Part shown: one piece after another, positions 25,273-37,900 of the stretch
Position numbering within the stretch: position 1 is the first letter of the stretch
Layout of the letters: every line of letters begins with the position of its first letter
NCBI RefSeq assembly: GCF_000002075.1
Contig: NW_004798012.1
Location: 42,291-106,290 of the forward strand
Length of the DNA: 64,000 nucleotides
Origin: Aplysia californica
Lineage: Eukaryota
Direction: 5' to 3'
Made by a program: the position numbers and the translations under genes
The notes under the pieces: model-generated
What the model saw: only the letters and a program-made list of their open reading frames with translations
Databases searched by the model: none
Told to the model about the DNA's origin: nothing

Positions 25273-25843
25273 TATATAGGGAGGAAATCTTCAAAACAAG
25301 CCGACACTGAAATGTTGGGGCATGGTCATGTCACTGTCTCAAAATGAGTAATTTGTTGGCTAGGTTACTGTAGACATTTTTGTTAATTATCCTGTGAGTA
25401 TGCTCTCGAAGGGCAGTTTTGAATATAGGGCCCAAAATAAACTTTCAATACTAGATCAAAATTTTTTAGAAAAAAAATATTTTTGTTTGGTTGGTGGCCT
25501 GCAGAAGCACCGTGCAAACTTTTGTGGGCATTTGTAATTGAGCCATAAATTCTTAAGCGGACAGACGAAAGTGAACAAGCTATACCATCACCACAGCTGC
25601 CAATCAATGACAGAGTAGGTGAACATAATTGTTTCTAGTCCAGGTGAGAGGAAAGGATGGGACTGAACATCTTTCTCGCACTACAGCTTGTCTTTGTCAC
25701 TTTCGTGAAGTTGTCAGGTTACCATCCATTGTACTGTGTGGTGAGTGAATGGTGGACCAAATAATGACTGGTCGAGACCATGCACAAGTACATCCTGTAC
25801 ATAGTTTTTACTCCATCTGAGACAACTTGTTCTTATTTTTCAG

Positions 25844-25877
25844 AGATGACACTAAAGAGGATGTATTTGTCCACCAA
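25844..25877 (+). CDS. YBX1: Y-box protein exon 3 (DDTKEDVFVHQ; CSD RNP2)
   Basis: 34-nt exon, tttttcAG / GTAAGT, phase consistent. Confidence 0.97.
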
Positions 25878-26337
25878 GTAAGTTTCATTGTGCTTTGTTT
25901 GTCAGTGACAGAAGGAAAGCGTCACCATCTTAGCATATATCCATTTTCTAGTTATATGGCATTAGTAATGTAGGAAGGGATTAATTGGGATTTTTCAAAA
26001 AATATATTATTGCCCTAGTGGTGGATTAGTATTGATTTTAGTCCTGGTCTTCTTTACACAGCTGACATTGTACCTGAAAAAAAAATTGAATAAATAAAGG
26101 CAGGTTTTGGGGTAGTTTTTTTCTCAGAATAGCCTGGTAGCCTTGTGCCATGTATTTCTTTCCGCAGTGCTTTGTTGTTGCAGAACCTAAATCATAAAAA
26201 AGTGTGCAAAAATAGACATTTTTATCTTAGTGCATGTTTTTTCTTCGCCAAGCTCTGATTTTGACCTTCAGGGATGTGCATTCTTTTTACTGATGGCTTA
26301 AAAATGACATTGACAAAATGCTTTGTTGCTTTTTCAG

Positions 26338-26427
26338 ACGGCCATTGTAAAAAACAATCCAAGAAAGTACCTTCGAAGTGTTGGAGATGGTGAAAAAGTT
26401 GAATTTGATGTCGTGGAAGGAGAAAAG
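26338..26427 (+). CDS. YBX1: Y-box protein exon 4 ([30 protein letters not shown])
   Basis: 90-nt exon, ttttcAG / GTAACT, classic Y-box CSD sequence. Confidence 0.97.
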
Positions 26428-26807
26428 GTAACTTGATTCCTTGCAATGTATTAGAAAGTAAATCATATCATTTCTCATTTATGAATGCTTAGAGGGTTGT
26501 TTAACAGAAAGTGCAGTGTAGAGCATAGACTGCTGTATGGATGTTTTGATTGTTCTTGTGAAGTCTCAAATTTAGCATCAAGCAGAAAACACTATTCTTA
26601 TTCCAAACGTATCTTCTCCCATATACCTATAGTGATATTTTTTATGGCTTTTTCTGGTACACCATGGGTGTGCAAGAAGATGTGTCTTCTGGTGTTACAG
26701 TGACAAACTCTTGAAGAGAAGGAAACTGCAATATGATGACTTACTTTAGTGAGATCGTGATTTTGTACTGTGGCTAAAGCAAAGTCAAAATGTATTTCCA
26801 TTTTCAG

Positions 26808-26948
26808 GGAAACGAAGCTGCTAATGTAACAGGGCCAGAAGGATCGAATGTCCAGGGTAGCAAGTATGCTGCTGACAGGCGTAGGTTCAGACGAGGTGGC
26901 TGGTACCCACGCTTCCGTGGCGGCGGCCGTGGAGGCAGACCCCGACAG
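26808..26948 (+). CDS. YBX1: Y-box protein exon 5 ([29 protein letters not shown]...RPRQ)
   Basis: ttttcAG / GTAAGG. End of the CSD and the conserved VQGSKYAA motif. Confidence 0.97.
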
Positions 26949-27497
26949 GTAAGGACATTTATGTACGGTAAAGTGGGCAGTGGACGTCCAGGATTTCAGG
27001 GGTTGGGGCAAGTTTGCTTTTGTCTGCTTCTTTTTGTACTTGGTGCATTTAATCCCAAACAGATGAGACACGTGGCATTTATATTTTCCAGTTGAAAATG
27101 CTTGATCTAGCCTAAACTGATTTGTGATAACTTAATCCAAAGTTTTAAATGAGTGTTAAAGTAAACGTAACACGACTCTAATGTTTGGTGATCCTGAGGA
27201 CTCTAGGTATATGTGGACTGTGAATTCTTCACTTAATGACTGCTGTGTCGATGTGCGTTTTTATCCAGATTTTTCCCTCTGATAGAATCAGTTTTTAAGT
27301 GTCATACTGTTACTGCCTGTGGAATTTCCATGTTTGAATTTTAGCAGTTGAATAGCCTAAAGGGTCTTCATTGGCTTGCTTCTTCTTTATGAAGACTGGT
27401 GCAAGTCAAAGAGCTGTCCTTTCGGTGTGAAGAATATGACTAAATGTAAATAATTAACAAATGCTTGAACTAAATGTCTGAAATTTTTTGTTGTCAG

Positions 27498-27623
27498 GAC
27501 ATGGACGATGGAGCCCCCGACTTCATGCCAAGTCCGAGAGGCCGGGGCAGGGGGCGACCCTACTATCAGAATCGGCGCTACTTTGGGCCACCCCGCCGCG
27601 GAGGAGGCAGGCAATACTTAGAG
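27498..27623 (+). CDS. YBX1: Y-box protein exon 6 (DMDDGAPDFMPSPRGRGRGRPYYQNRRYFGPPRRGGGRQYLE)
   Basis: ttgtcAG / GTAAGA, phase 0-0, RG/Y-rich tail. Confidence 0.93.
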
Positions 27624-28307
27624 GTAAGAAGTCATTAAGTCATATTATATTGTGTCTAAGTACTGGTGCCTCACAACTTAGTGTTTCAAAGTACAAGTGA
27701 CTCACAAATGATTCTCTGAGGGTCACTTTAACACATTACACCCTAAGGGTCTGGACAGGAAATCCATTGTTAGATCCTAAGCAAGGGGAAGGAACCCACC
27801 TCCCATGAATACAAGCCTTTAAAAAACACATTTTAAAAATACTAAACAAAGTCCAAAAATCATGAAAAAATAAAAGTTAGAAAACTGAATGTATGGGGTC
27901 GCAGAAAATTTAATGGACTGTAGTTTAGCATGCACATAGTAAACATATTTTCAAGTCCCGAATTTGTAAAAATAAAAGTATACACAGAAAACTTGAATTC
28001 GTCGGGACTGGCCTCGGGTATCTTACAAAGATAAAGAAGAAGAAAAAATTGGACCTCAGGCACAATTCAATGGATGCATGATTTCGAAAATTATGTATTC
28101 GACCTATCCGTGCTATACTGTATATTCTTTGTATTATGTATATATATAGAGAGAGAAATACATAACAAAACAGATTTCCGTGTCCATCCGGTTTTGCAAT
28201 TTTTTATATGTAAAACTATGGGCTTGGTAAAGAACATTGAGAGAAGAGAATTGATCATTTTTGCCTGGTATCCCACTGTATGACTGACGTGTTTGAAACC
28301 GTTGCAG

Positions 28308-28505
28308 GGCGAGGGAGAGTACCAGCTTCAGCGTGACCAGGGCTTCCGTGGTGCGCGACGGCCGTTCTACCGCCGCTACTACGGACCACCTCCCAGGGGC
28401 TACTACGACGGTGGTTACTACGGTTACCAAGGAGGACCACCCAGGGGAGGACCTCGCAGGCGCGGAGGAGGGAGAGGCCGTGGGGGCTTCCGCAGAGGCA
28501 GAGGC
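28308..28505 (+). CDS. YBX1: Y-box protein exon 7 (RGG/Tyr-rich)
   Basis: ttgcAG / GTAAGT, phase 0-0; GEGEYQLQRDQGFRGARRPFYRRYYGPPPRGYYDGG...RGRG. Confidence 0.93.
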
Positions 28506-29054
28506 GTAAGTTGTTTACTTGCTTCATGCTTTTTAAAAAAATGTTGGTTTTTGCACACAGTGACAAGATGAAGCTAGCTCACTTCACGTTTTTTTATTTA
28601 GGGAAAGTTATGGGAGTTTGTCGTGACATCGATGTCTGTGGTGTAGCACTTACACCCATTTTGCATAGACAGAAGGGAATTTTTATTGAATGTCGTTCTT
28701 AATTATGTCTATTGGGGTGGGGGTGGGGGGTAATTTAATTCTACCCTTGGGTATTTTGGGGGTATGGGTTGTTAAAGGAAGTTGTGCATGGATGTAAGGA
28801 AGTGAATTTGTTTATGTTGAGCTGAAATTCGTTTTGAGTGATTTCCTGATGATTAAAAGGGTTAACTAAATGTTCTAATGGACTCCTCAACCCTTGACCC
28901 ATGTCCGGCTCCTACACACTCTCAGATTGGGGTCTCAGGTCTGCAAAGTGATGGAAACTTGTGTATCAGATTACTCAGTTACGTTTAGTAGGCTACAATA
29001 TTATGAAAACTTACTGTTATGGTTATTCATGACATATATGCTAGCTCAGAGGGA

Positions 29055-29530
29055 GGGGGGGGCTCTCATGGTCGAGAGGTTACTGTGTTTGCCTTTTGTA
29101 CAATGGGTCACTTGTCCGAATCTGGATAGCCACGGAAAATTTACTTCTCTAAAATGATCTCCTTTCACCTCCTTTCCTTCTCTCTTGCAATGTTCTGTTG
29201 TCTGCTTTCGTCTCCACTTTCTACCCCCACCTGCACGCTTCCTTTGCCCCCCTCCTCTGGGTTTCTGACTCTTTCTGCAGCCTTTCTACTGCTACTCCTC
29301 GGTTCTTTCTTACTGCTGTCTTCCTGCCACACCCCTAATCTTATGTTAGGTAAGATGGAACACCAGCCCTTCTCGGACTAGAGCAAAAAATCTCCCGAGG
29401 TGCCGAGTGCAATTGCGCAAGTTAAAGATTCCTTGGTGGTCCAAAATGGATAAGAATAGGCTTTGGCTGCCACCAGGGTGTGTGTTCCGCTCTCTCTTAT
29501 GACCATATATGCAGTTACTAGCGCTGTAAG
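29055..29530 (+). mobile_element. SINE family 1, decayed copy in Y-box intron 7 (repeated at about 39191-39666)
   Basis: Colinear similarity with 15098-15620. Confidence 0.75.
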
Positions 29531-30126
29531 AAACAACTCAGAGGAAGGTGCTGGTTTTTTTTTTTATTGAGTTGAAGTTTTGGTATGTACATGAATGATT
29601 TTGCTCCAGCATTCAGAAGATGCTTAGCCTGCTAAGACCTTCTTGCACCAATGTGATCTATCAAGCATTAATGGACAGCTGTCTCCCCATAATCCTGACT
29701 CTGGAATTAAGGGATAGCAATGTATCATAGTTTATGCATTTGTTTGAAGGAATGAAACATGATTTTTATGTTCCATTTGGATGATCAAGGTATAGAATGT
29801 AGTATTTTGTCAAGTAGTCTTTTATTTGTCTGATGTTTAGAGGGCACCAGTGGTAGGTTCTACTTTTTGTTCCCTGTATTTTTGTCTTTCCTTGCTTTGT
29901 GGGTGGTTGGTGGGGGATGTGATGTTTGTTCCTTCTTTCCTATGGAATTTCTATTGCTCTTATTTCTTCTTCTTTTCTTTATATGTTTTTTTCTAGTAAT
30001 ACCGTATTATCTTCGGCACTTCTATAAACTTTTTGTGCTATAAAATCTTTTTTTTAAAGCCTATACTCATACAGTTTTTCTGAATGCTGTTTGCGATTAG
30101 TCATGTGACTGTTGATTTCTTTTCAG

Positions 30127-30231
30127 CAAAACCGAGACAAAGATGACGGTGCTGCTCCCAAGGCTGATGCCAGCAACGACACTGTGAAATCTGAGCCCTC
30201 ATCTACCAGCGTAGAGAGTAAAGAGGACTAA
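30127..30231 (+). CDS. YBX1: Y-box protein exon 8 (QNRDKDDGAAPK...VESKED-stop)
   Basis: ttcttttcAG acceptor and acidic tail ending TAA at 30229-30231. AATAAA at 30587-30592 and ATTAAA at 31007-31012 lie downstream. Confidence 0.9.
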   Translation, partial: QNRDKDDGAAPKADASNDTVKSEPSSTSVESKED

Positions 30232-31998
30232 ACAAAAGTGTGACTTGCTCAAATGCAACGACCTAGACTGACTACCTAATGTTTGTATGTGTGTGTATGT
30301 GTGCAATGAGACTACCCAGTGACTCGATGGAAACAACCTGACTTGAACTTAACACCCCTTCCCCCGAGTGGTTGGTTTTGGTGATCATCAGGGAACACCG
30401 GGATGGTTCTCATCTTGCTCTATCTTTGCACTTAGTAAGTAAATCTTCGTCTTTTTTTGAAACAAGCAAAAAACCCCTCCCTAAGACAAGAACACGTGAC
30501 AGCCTAACAACTGACTTGACAGCTACAACAGATATTCTCAAGAGCACTAGCAGTTAAAGGAAGAAAAACAAAACACAAAAGAGAGAAATAAAGTTATTTA
30601 AGTAACTACAGATTGTGATATTTAACTTATTTATCACTTTCTCGAAAGAACTGAAAGAGATGGGAAGTAGCACATAGCAAGAAATCAAAAGAAATTATCT
30701 TCTTCTTCTTCTTTTCTTTTTTTTTTAATCACTCTCACTTTCAAACTCATCTCATTGACATTTATTTTTCTATAAAATGCGACTTTGAAATCAAGACTCA
30801 ATTTTAGATCAAATCAAACAAGTTACAACTATGCAATTTATATCTTGAAATATTTATATTTAGCTATTTGTACTGTTAGGGTTTCTTGAAAGGTTCCAAT
30901 GTTTGAAGACAGACTCACGTTACATTTTTTGGCATAAATGTACTAGACAAAGTTATGTTTTTTATTAGTGTTGAGCATTGTTTTCTTAAGCCAAATGCAT
31001 GTGCTTATTAAAGTTTTGATAGGTCTTCAACTCCTGCTCGTTGTTCCTTTTTTTTCGTTTTCAATTGTGGGCTATTCAGGTTCCCCTACTTTAAGTCACT
31101 TGAAACATGACCGCTTGTCAGATACGCAAGCAGGATGGATGTTTCTTGAATTTCTGAAAAATATTATTTTCACTTGACTGGTTTCAAGACTAGATTTCAG
31201 TGGTGATTTGCATGTTTGTATGATGGTTTTGTGTGGCAATTGGTAGCTCACATACATCGGTTGTTTTCATCAAGTGTTGTTTCAATTCCCCCCCCCCCCC
31301 AAAAAAAAAGACGTAATTGCCAGCTCTGCCATGGACAGGCATGTTTGAATCATGGGAAAGCGATCACATTCTGTGAAGTGTTCAAACCACCTTTCTCCAA
31401 CTGTGTGAGCATTTCTATGATCAGGCCAGTGGGTATTTTTTAAAAGAAAATGTAGGTGTTTTCAATGCCCCACATCAACACAATTTAGATAACTTTGGAG
31501 TAAGCTGCCAACCCTGCTTGTAGGGCCAATCTGTGCTGAGAGGGGTACTATATCCTGGCAGATAACTGAGATACTCGATAACAATTCTCCCCTCTCAGGA
31601 ATCGTACTCTTGGTTTCTTATGTGTGGCAGCAAGGTTCCTATAATAATCGATATGCCAGTGGTTACCATTTGAAATAGTGATGGACAGGACTGCACCAAG
31701 CGGTGGCCAGTGCTTCTCGCCGACCTGACCCCTGGATAAAAGGCTTCTGGTTTGTGCCGTGGCTTGTACAACTTATGGGTGATCTTTCTGTCCTACCAAA
31801 CTGTACATCTTTATGTCTTCCTTATCTCTCCCACTTCTTTCTTTCCTGTTAAACATCTACCTGTATCTTCCTTATCTTTCCACCTTCTTTCCTGTCAGNN
31901 NNNNNNNNNNNNNNNNNNNNNNNNNNNNNNNNNNNNNNNNNNNNNNNNNNNNNNNNNNNNNNNNNNNNNNNNNNNNNNNNNNNNNNNNNNNNNNNNNN

Positions 31999-34900
31999 AT
32001 GACCGTATGCAGTTGCGAGCGCCGTATAACCCTCTACAGGAGGGCTTCGGCTTCTATAAAAATACCTATAGGCTATAATTATAGATCCTACTCATAGTCG
32101 CAAAATGAGCAGTTTTCTGGTGGTGCACCATCACAATCAACTAATGAAGTCATGAGTAAATCTATGCCTATAGTAAACCCCCCAAAAAAGTTTATTAATC
32201 TGAGGCCAACTCCCTCTTCAGATGTAGATCTAACTCTAAATCCAGCCACAGCCAAACTTGGTATTTTTGTTCCCACTGTCTAGCTAGCACTTCATGGGGA
32301 GCGGACAGTGATGCACTCAGACAGCTGGCTGTGTGTTGGGTCTTAATCCTACAATCTGCAGCAAACCAACTGAGGTCTCTTGACCAAATTCAGAATCAAG
32401 CTGTACGATATATGTCAGGAGCTTTGAGATCCACTCCAAATGCAGCTTGCAAAATCCATACAAACCTGGAACCTTTGGACATGCGGAGAGAGGCAGCAGT
32501 TGTGGAGATAAGTGAGCGCTACTTATAAGAGACTAGACTAAAACCACCCAAACAGAAAGATCAATCGTAACAGATGACCAAACGAATCCATGGAAGATCA
32601 ATACTCGACACAGCCACCGAATTAGTAGAAAGACATCGCCTTCCATGTAACAGAAAAATGCCGAAACCCTTAAGACCAGACCCCCCCCCCCTAAAAAAAG
32701 GAGACAGTGCAAAAAGAATGTGGCCCAGGAGAACTGAAAACCACAGCTCTCAAATATACGTGTTTTAATCCATATTTACATTGATGAGTCAGCCTTCAAG
32801 GGAACTATTAATCTGGCTTTGGAGTAAGAATAGAACGTCCTTCAAGACGTGTGAACTATTTGATGCCTGTGATACTTCTTGTACAAATTATGAGGCTGAT
32901 GTCATTGCCATTGAAGCAGCAATCCTCCACCTGACCGACATTTTCATCACCACAAAATCAAGGATACTGTAATCTACACAGACGTAAAATCAGTACTCCG
33001 AGCTTTGGAAAACATGAATTTTGAAAAACCAAGCTTTCCTCTCTGTATCTCAAACAATTAACACCTTTATGCAGACCTTAGATGCCGTCGACCTGACTTT
33101 GTAGTGGATACCTGGCCACAGCAACATCCCAGGGGACGACAGCTGACACCTTTGCCAAGAAGGGAGCATCACAAACACTTGTACAACCTCAAAACCCAGT
33201 ATCATAACAGTATTAACAGACAGTCAGTCGGTGAATGGCGGGTGCTCTGGTGTGGTTTGCTCCTTCTTTCCTATTAAACAATTATCGTCTTTATGATTTA
33301 TCTCTTCTCTTTCTTTTATGTTTGTTACTCTCTTGCAACACCTCTAATCTTTGACCCTTATAAATGACCTTATTGTGTTGCAAGTGCCGTAAAACTCTTA
33401 CTAAAAAATTGAAAGTCAAGAACATCAAATGCAACACCAGGGAACAGTGGCTGAATGGATGGCATTTGGCAAAACTGGAAGAGCTGTATTTGCACACGAT
33501 TGTTCCCAACTCAAAAGATGCACTAAATTCCTTCAGTAGAAGAGAACAGGCCACTATCTTTCGCCTGCGAACACAGCACATCCCACTGATTTCCTTCTTA
33601 AATAGGATCTGCAAGGATACCCCACCGTTGTGTGACTGCCAGGATGAAACAGTATGAGTATCACACCATCTCTTTACCTGCACTGCACTTAGCGACCTGC
33701 GTAGCACCTACCTACCTGTCTCCCCAGATATCAGAAATACTTTATACTTATACAGCGACAAAACAAAGCTGATAAAGACCTGTACATTGTTTACAATATA
33801 TCTACTGGCCGAATGGCTAGAATCCAGATGGCCGCTGGATTGGAAAAGTAAAGTATCCACTGAGTAGTGTAGCTAGGCACTGAGACAAAGACAGTTCAGT
33901 TGCTCAGTGTAAGACTGCCATCGGCATGTGGCTTTTCAAAATCAATATGGTGTATGATGCAGCCTTACACTGCTTAGTCGAGATGTTTTTATGTCTTATC
34001 TTAGCTTGATAAAATACAAAGCTGTCTTCCAGTTATGTGTATCATGTTCTGGATGCAGGCAGTTATGGGAAGCTCACCCCTTTTCTTCCTTAGTACTGCA
34101 GTACTGCAAGCCTTACCTAAATCTCATCATCCAGTGCCAGATCTGCGACAGACATCGGCGATCATGGTTTTCCATTAATTCCTGTGCTCGGATGCTCTCA
34201 AAAAAGCTACGTTTCCCTGATCTTTCCCTGTTACCCATTCGTTTAGGTTCCCTAAGTATGTTGACGAGCGTCTGGTTTCACCACACTGCCTCACATATAT
34301 GCTCAAGTACACAGATTTCAAGCAGTTTGGCAATACAACCCCATGCATCCTTTTGAGCTTGTTCACTTTGATCTTACAGCAGCTAAAACCAGATAAAATG
34401 AAATTGCTCTGCATAAGGGTCTAAAAGTTGGAGGACCAACAGAATAGACTGAAGACTCTAACTCTTCATGACATGAAGGTCAAGTTCACTACAAACTAGT
34501 TTCTGACCTAAAGTGTGTCCCAAAAATAGTGTGGGATTTACAGTGTACACATAAAACATTAACATGGAGACAATACAGTGGAGTCAACTTATAACGAGTC
34601 CGGAAAAAACGAGGTCTGTTATAAAGGCACTATTCTAAAACCCCGTTTTTTTTCTCCTCTTTACCTTTGTAAACAAAATACTGCTATAGCGCTATCAGAC
34701 AAACTTGTGAGTCGGTTATAGCGGAATATTGCTGCTACTGTGCACATTGCATAGGACAGAATGCAAGACCTCGCCAGTTGAGAAACTTGTTGCTGATCTT
34801 GCGAAACAAAGAATAGGATAGCATATATGTGCGTCAACAAAGAAAGCCGGAGCAACTGAGTAGGGAGGGTGTGGCATTCGTAGACAAGCAGAACGCATCG

Positions 34901-37900
34901 CGTGATAGGCCAGTTTAGATTATCAAGGCCTGCCAATGCCATGCCTGTCACTTCTTAGATGCAGGGATGGAGAGGTCACATCAATGTGATGGATGGAGCG
35001 AATGTGTGACGTGCGCAAGCAGACAGAATGCACCACGGGGTGGGGTGGGGGGAAAACAAAGCGGGCGAGTTAGCCCAGAGCCCTTTCTTTCTGATCGCCA
35101 ACGCCGAGCTGTCAGTCCACTTCGCTAGATCTAGCGCAAGAGAAACAAACCTGATTTGATTTTTGATCAAGTAACCTAGAGGTCATGTTGAAACAAAATC
35201 ATCATCAGGGGAGATAGCAAAAGGAAAAACAACACCAAACTCATAGATTAGGCCTACTTTACAGTTTCCCTAGAATTTATTACTGGATCCCTTATAGCGA
35301 GAATCCTGCTATAACGCACATTTTGCTTCGGTCCCTTCCCTCTCGTTATAACAGGATTCCACTGTATATAGGGAGGAAATCTTCAAAACAAGCCGACACT
35401 GAAATGTTGGGGCATGGTCATGTCACTGTCTCAAAATGAGTAATTTGTTGGCTAGGTTACTGTAGACATTTTTGTTAATTATCCTGTGAGTATGCTCTCG
35501 AAGGGCAGTTTTGAATATAGGGCCCAAAATAAACTTTCAATACTAGATCAAAATTTTTTAGAAAAAAAATATTTTTGTTTGGTTGGTGGCCTGCAGAAGC
35601 ACCGTGCAAACTTTTGTGGGCATTTGTAATTGAGCCATAAATTCTTAAGCGGACAGACGAAAGTGAACAAGCTATACCATCACCACAGCTGCCAATCAAT
35701 GACAGAGTAGGTGAACATAATTGTTTCTAGTCCAGGTGAGAGGAAAGGATGGGACTGAACATCCTTCTCGCACTACAGCTTGTCTTTGTCACTTTCGTGA
35801 AGTTGTCAGGTTACCATCCATTGTACTGTGTGGTGAGTGAATGGTGGACCAAATAATGACTGGTCGAGACCATGCACAAGTACATCCTGTACATAGTTTT
35901 TACTCCATCTGAGACAACTTGTTCTTATTTTTCAGAGATGACACTAAAGAGGATGTATTTGTCCACCAAGTAAGTTTCATTGTGCTTTGTTTGTCAGTGA
36001 CAGAAGGAAAGCGTCACCATCTTAGCATATATCCATTTTCTAGTTATATGGCATTAGTAATGTAGGAAGGGATTAATTGGGATTTTTCAAAAAATATATT
36101 ATTGCCCTAGTGGTGGATTAGTATTGATTTTAGTCCTGGTCTTCTTTACACAGCTGACATTGTACCTGAAAAAAAAATTGAATAAATAAAGGCAGGTTTT
36201 GGGGTAGTTTTTTTCTCAGAATAGCCTGGTAGCCTTGTGCCATGTATTTCTTTCCGCAGTGCTTTGTTGTTGCAGAACCTAAATCATAAAAAAGTGTGCA
36301 AAAATAGACATTTTTATCTTAGTGCATGTTTTTTCTTCGCCAAGCTCTGATTTTGACCTTCAGGGATGTGCATTCTTTTTACTGATGGCTTAAAAATGAC
36401 ATTGACAAAATGCTTTGTTGCTTTTTCAGACGGCCATTGTAAAAAACAATCCAAGAAAGTACCTTCGAAGTGTTGGAGATGGTGAAAAAGTTGAATTTGA
36501 TGTCGTGGAAGGAGAAAAGGTAACTTGATTCCTTGCAATGTATTAGAAAGTAAATCATATCATTTCTCATTTATGAATGCTTAGAGGGTTGTTTAACAGA
36601 AAGTGCAGTGTAGAGCATAGACTGCTGTATGGATGTTTTGATTGTTCTTGTGAAGTCTCAAATTTAGCATCAAGCAGAAAACACTATTCTTATTCCAAAC
36701 GTATCTTCTCCCATATACCTATAGTGATATTTTTTATGGCTTTTTCTGGTACACCATGGGTGTGCAAGAAGATGTGTCTTCTGGTGTTACAGTGACAAAC
36801 TCTTGAAGAGAAGGAAACTGCAATATGATGACTTACTTTAGTGAGATCGTGATTTTGTACTGTGGCTAAAGCAAAGTCAAAATGTATTTCCATTTTCAGG
36901 GAAACGAAGCTGCTAATGTAACAGGGCCAGAAGGATCGAATGTCCAGGGTAGCAAGTATGCTGCTGACAGGCGTAGGTTCAGACGAGGTGGCTGGTACCC
37001 ACGCTTCCGTGGCGGCGGCCGTGGAGGCAGACCCCGACAGGTAAGGACATTTATGTACGGTAAAGTGGGCAGTGGACGTCCAGGATTTCAGAGGTTGGGG
37101 CAAGTTTGCTTTTGTCTGCTTCTTTTTGTACTTACATCAACTTACATCAACTTGGTGCATTTAATCCCAAACAGATGAGACACGTGGCATTTATATTTTC
37201 CAGTTGAAAATGCTTGATCTAGCCTAAACTGATTTGTGATAACTTAATCCAAAGTTTTAAATGAGTGTTAAAGTAAACGTAACACGACTCTAATGTTTGG
37301 TGATCCTGAGGACTCTAGGTATATGTGGACTGTGAATTCTTCACTTAATGACTGCTGTGTCGATGTGCGTTTTTATCCAGATTTTTCCCTCTGATAGAAT
37401 CAGTTTTTAAGTGTCATACTGTTACTGCCTGTGGAATTTCCATGTTTGAATTTTAGCAGTTGAATAGCCTAAAGGGTCTTCATTGGCTTGCTTCTTCTTT
37501 ATGAAGACTGGTGCAAGTCAAAGAGCTGTCCTTTCGGTGTGAAGAATATGACTAAATGTAAATAATTAACAAATGCTTGAACTAAATGTCTGAAATTTTT
37601 TGTTGTCAGGACATGGACGATGGAGCCCCAGACTTCATGCCAAGTCCGAGAGGCCGGGGCAGGGGGCGACCCTACTATCAGAATCGGCGCTACTTTGGGC
37701 CACCCCGCCGCGGAGGAGGCAGGCAATACTTAGAGGTAAGAAGTCATTAAGTCATATTATATTGTGTCTAAGTACTGGTGCCTCACAACTTAGTGTTTCA
37801 AAGTACAAGTGACTCACAAATGATTCTCTGAGGGTCACTTTAACACATTACACCCTAAGGGTCTGGACAGGAAATCCATTGTTAGATCCTAAGCAAGGGG

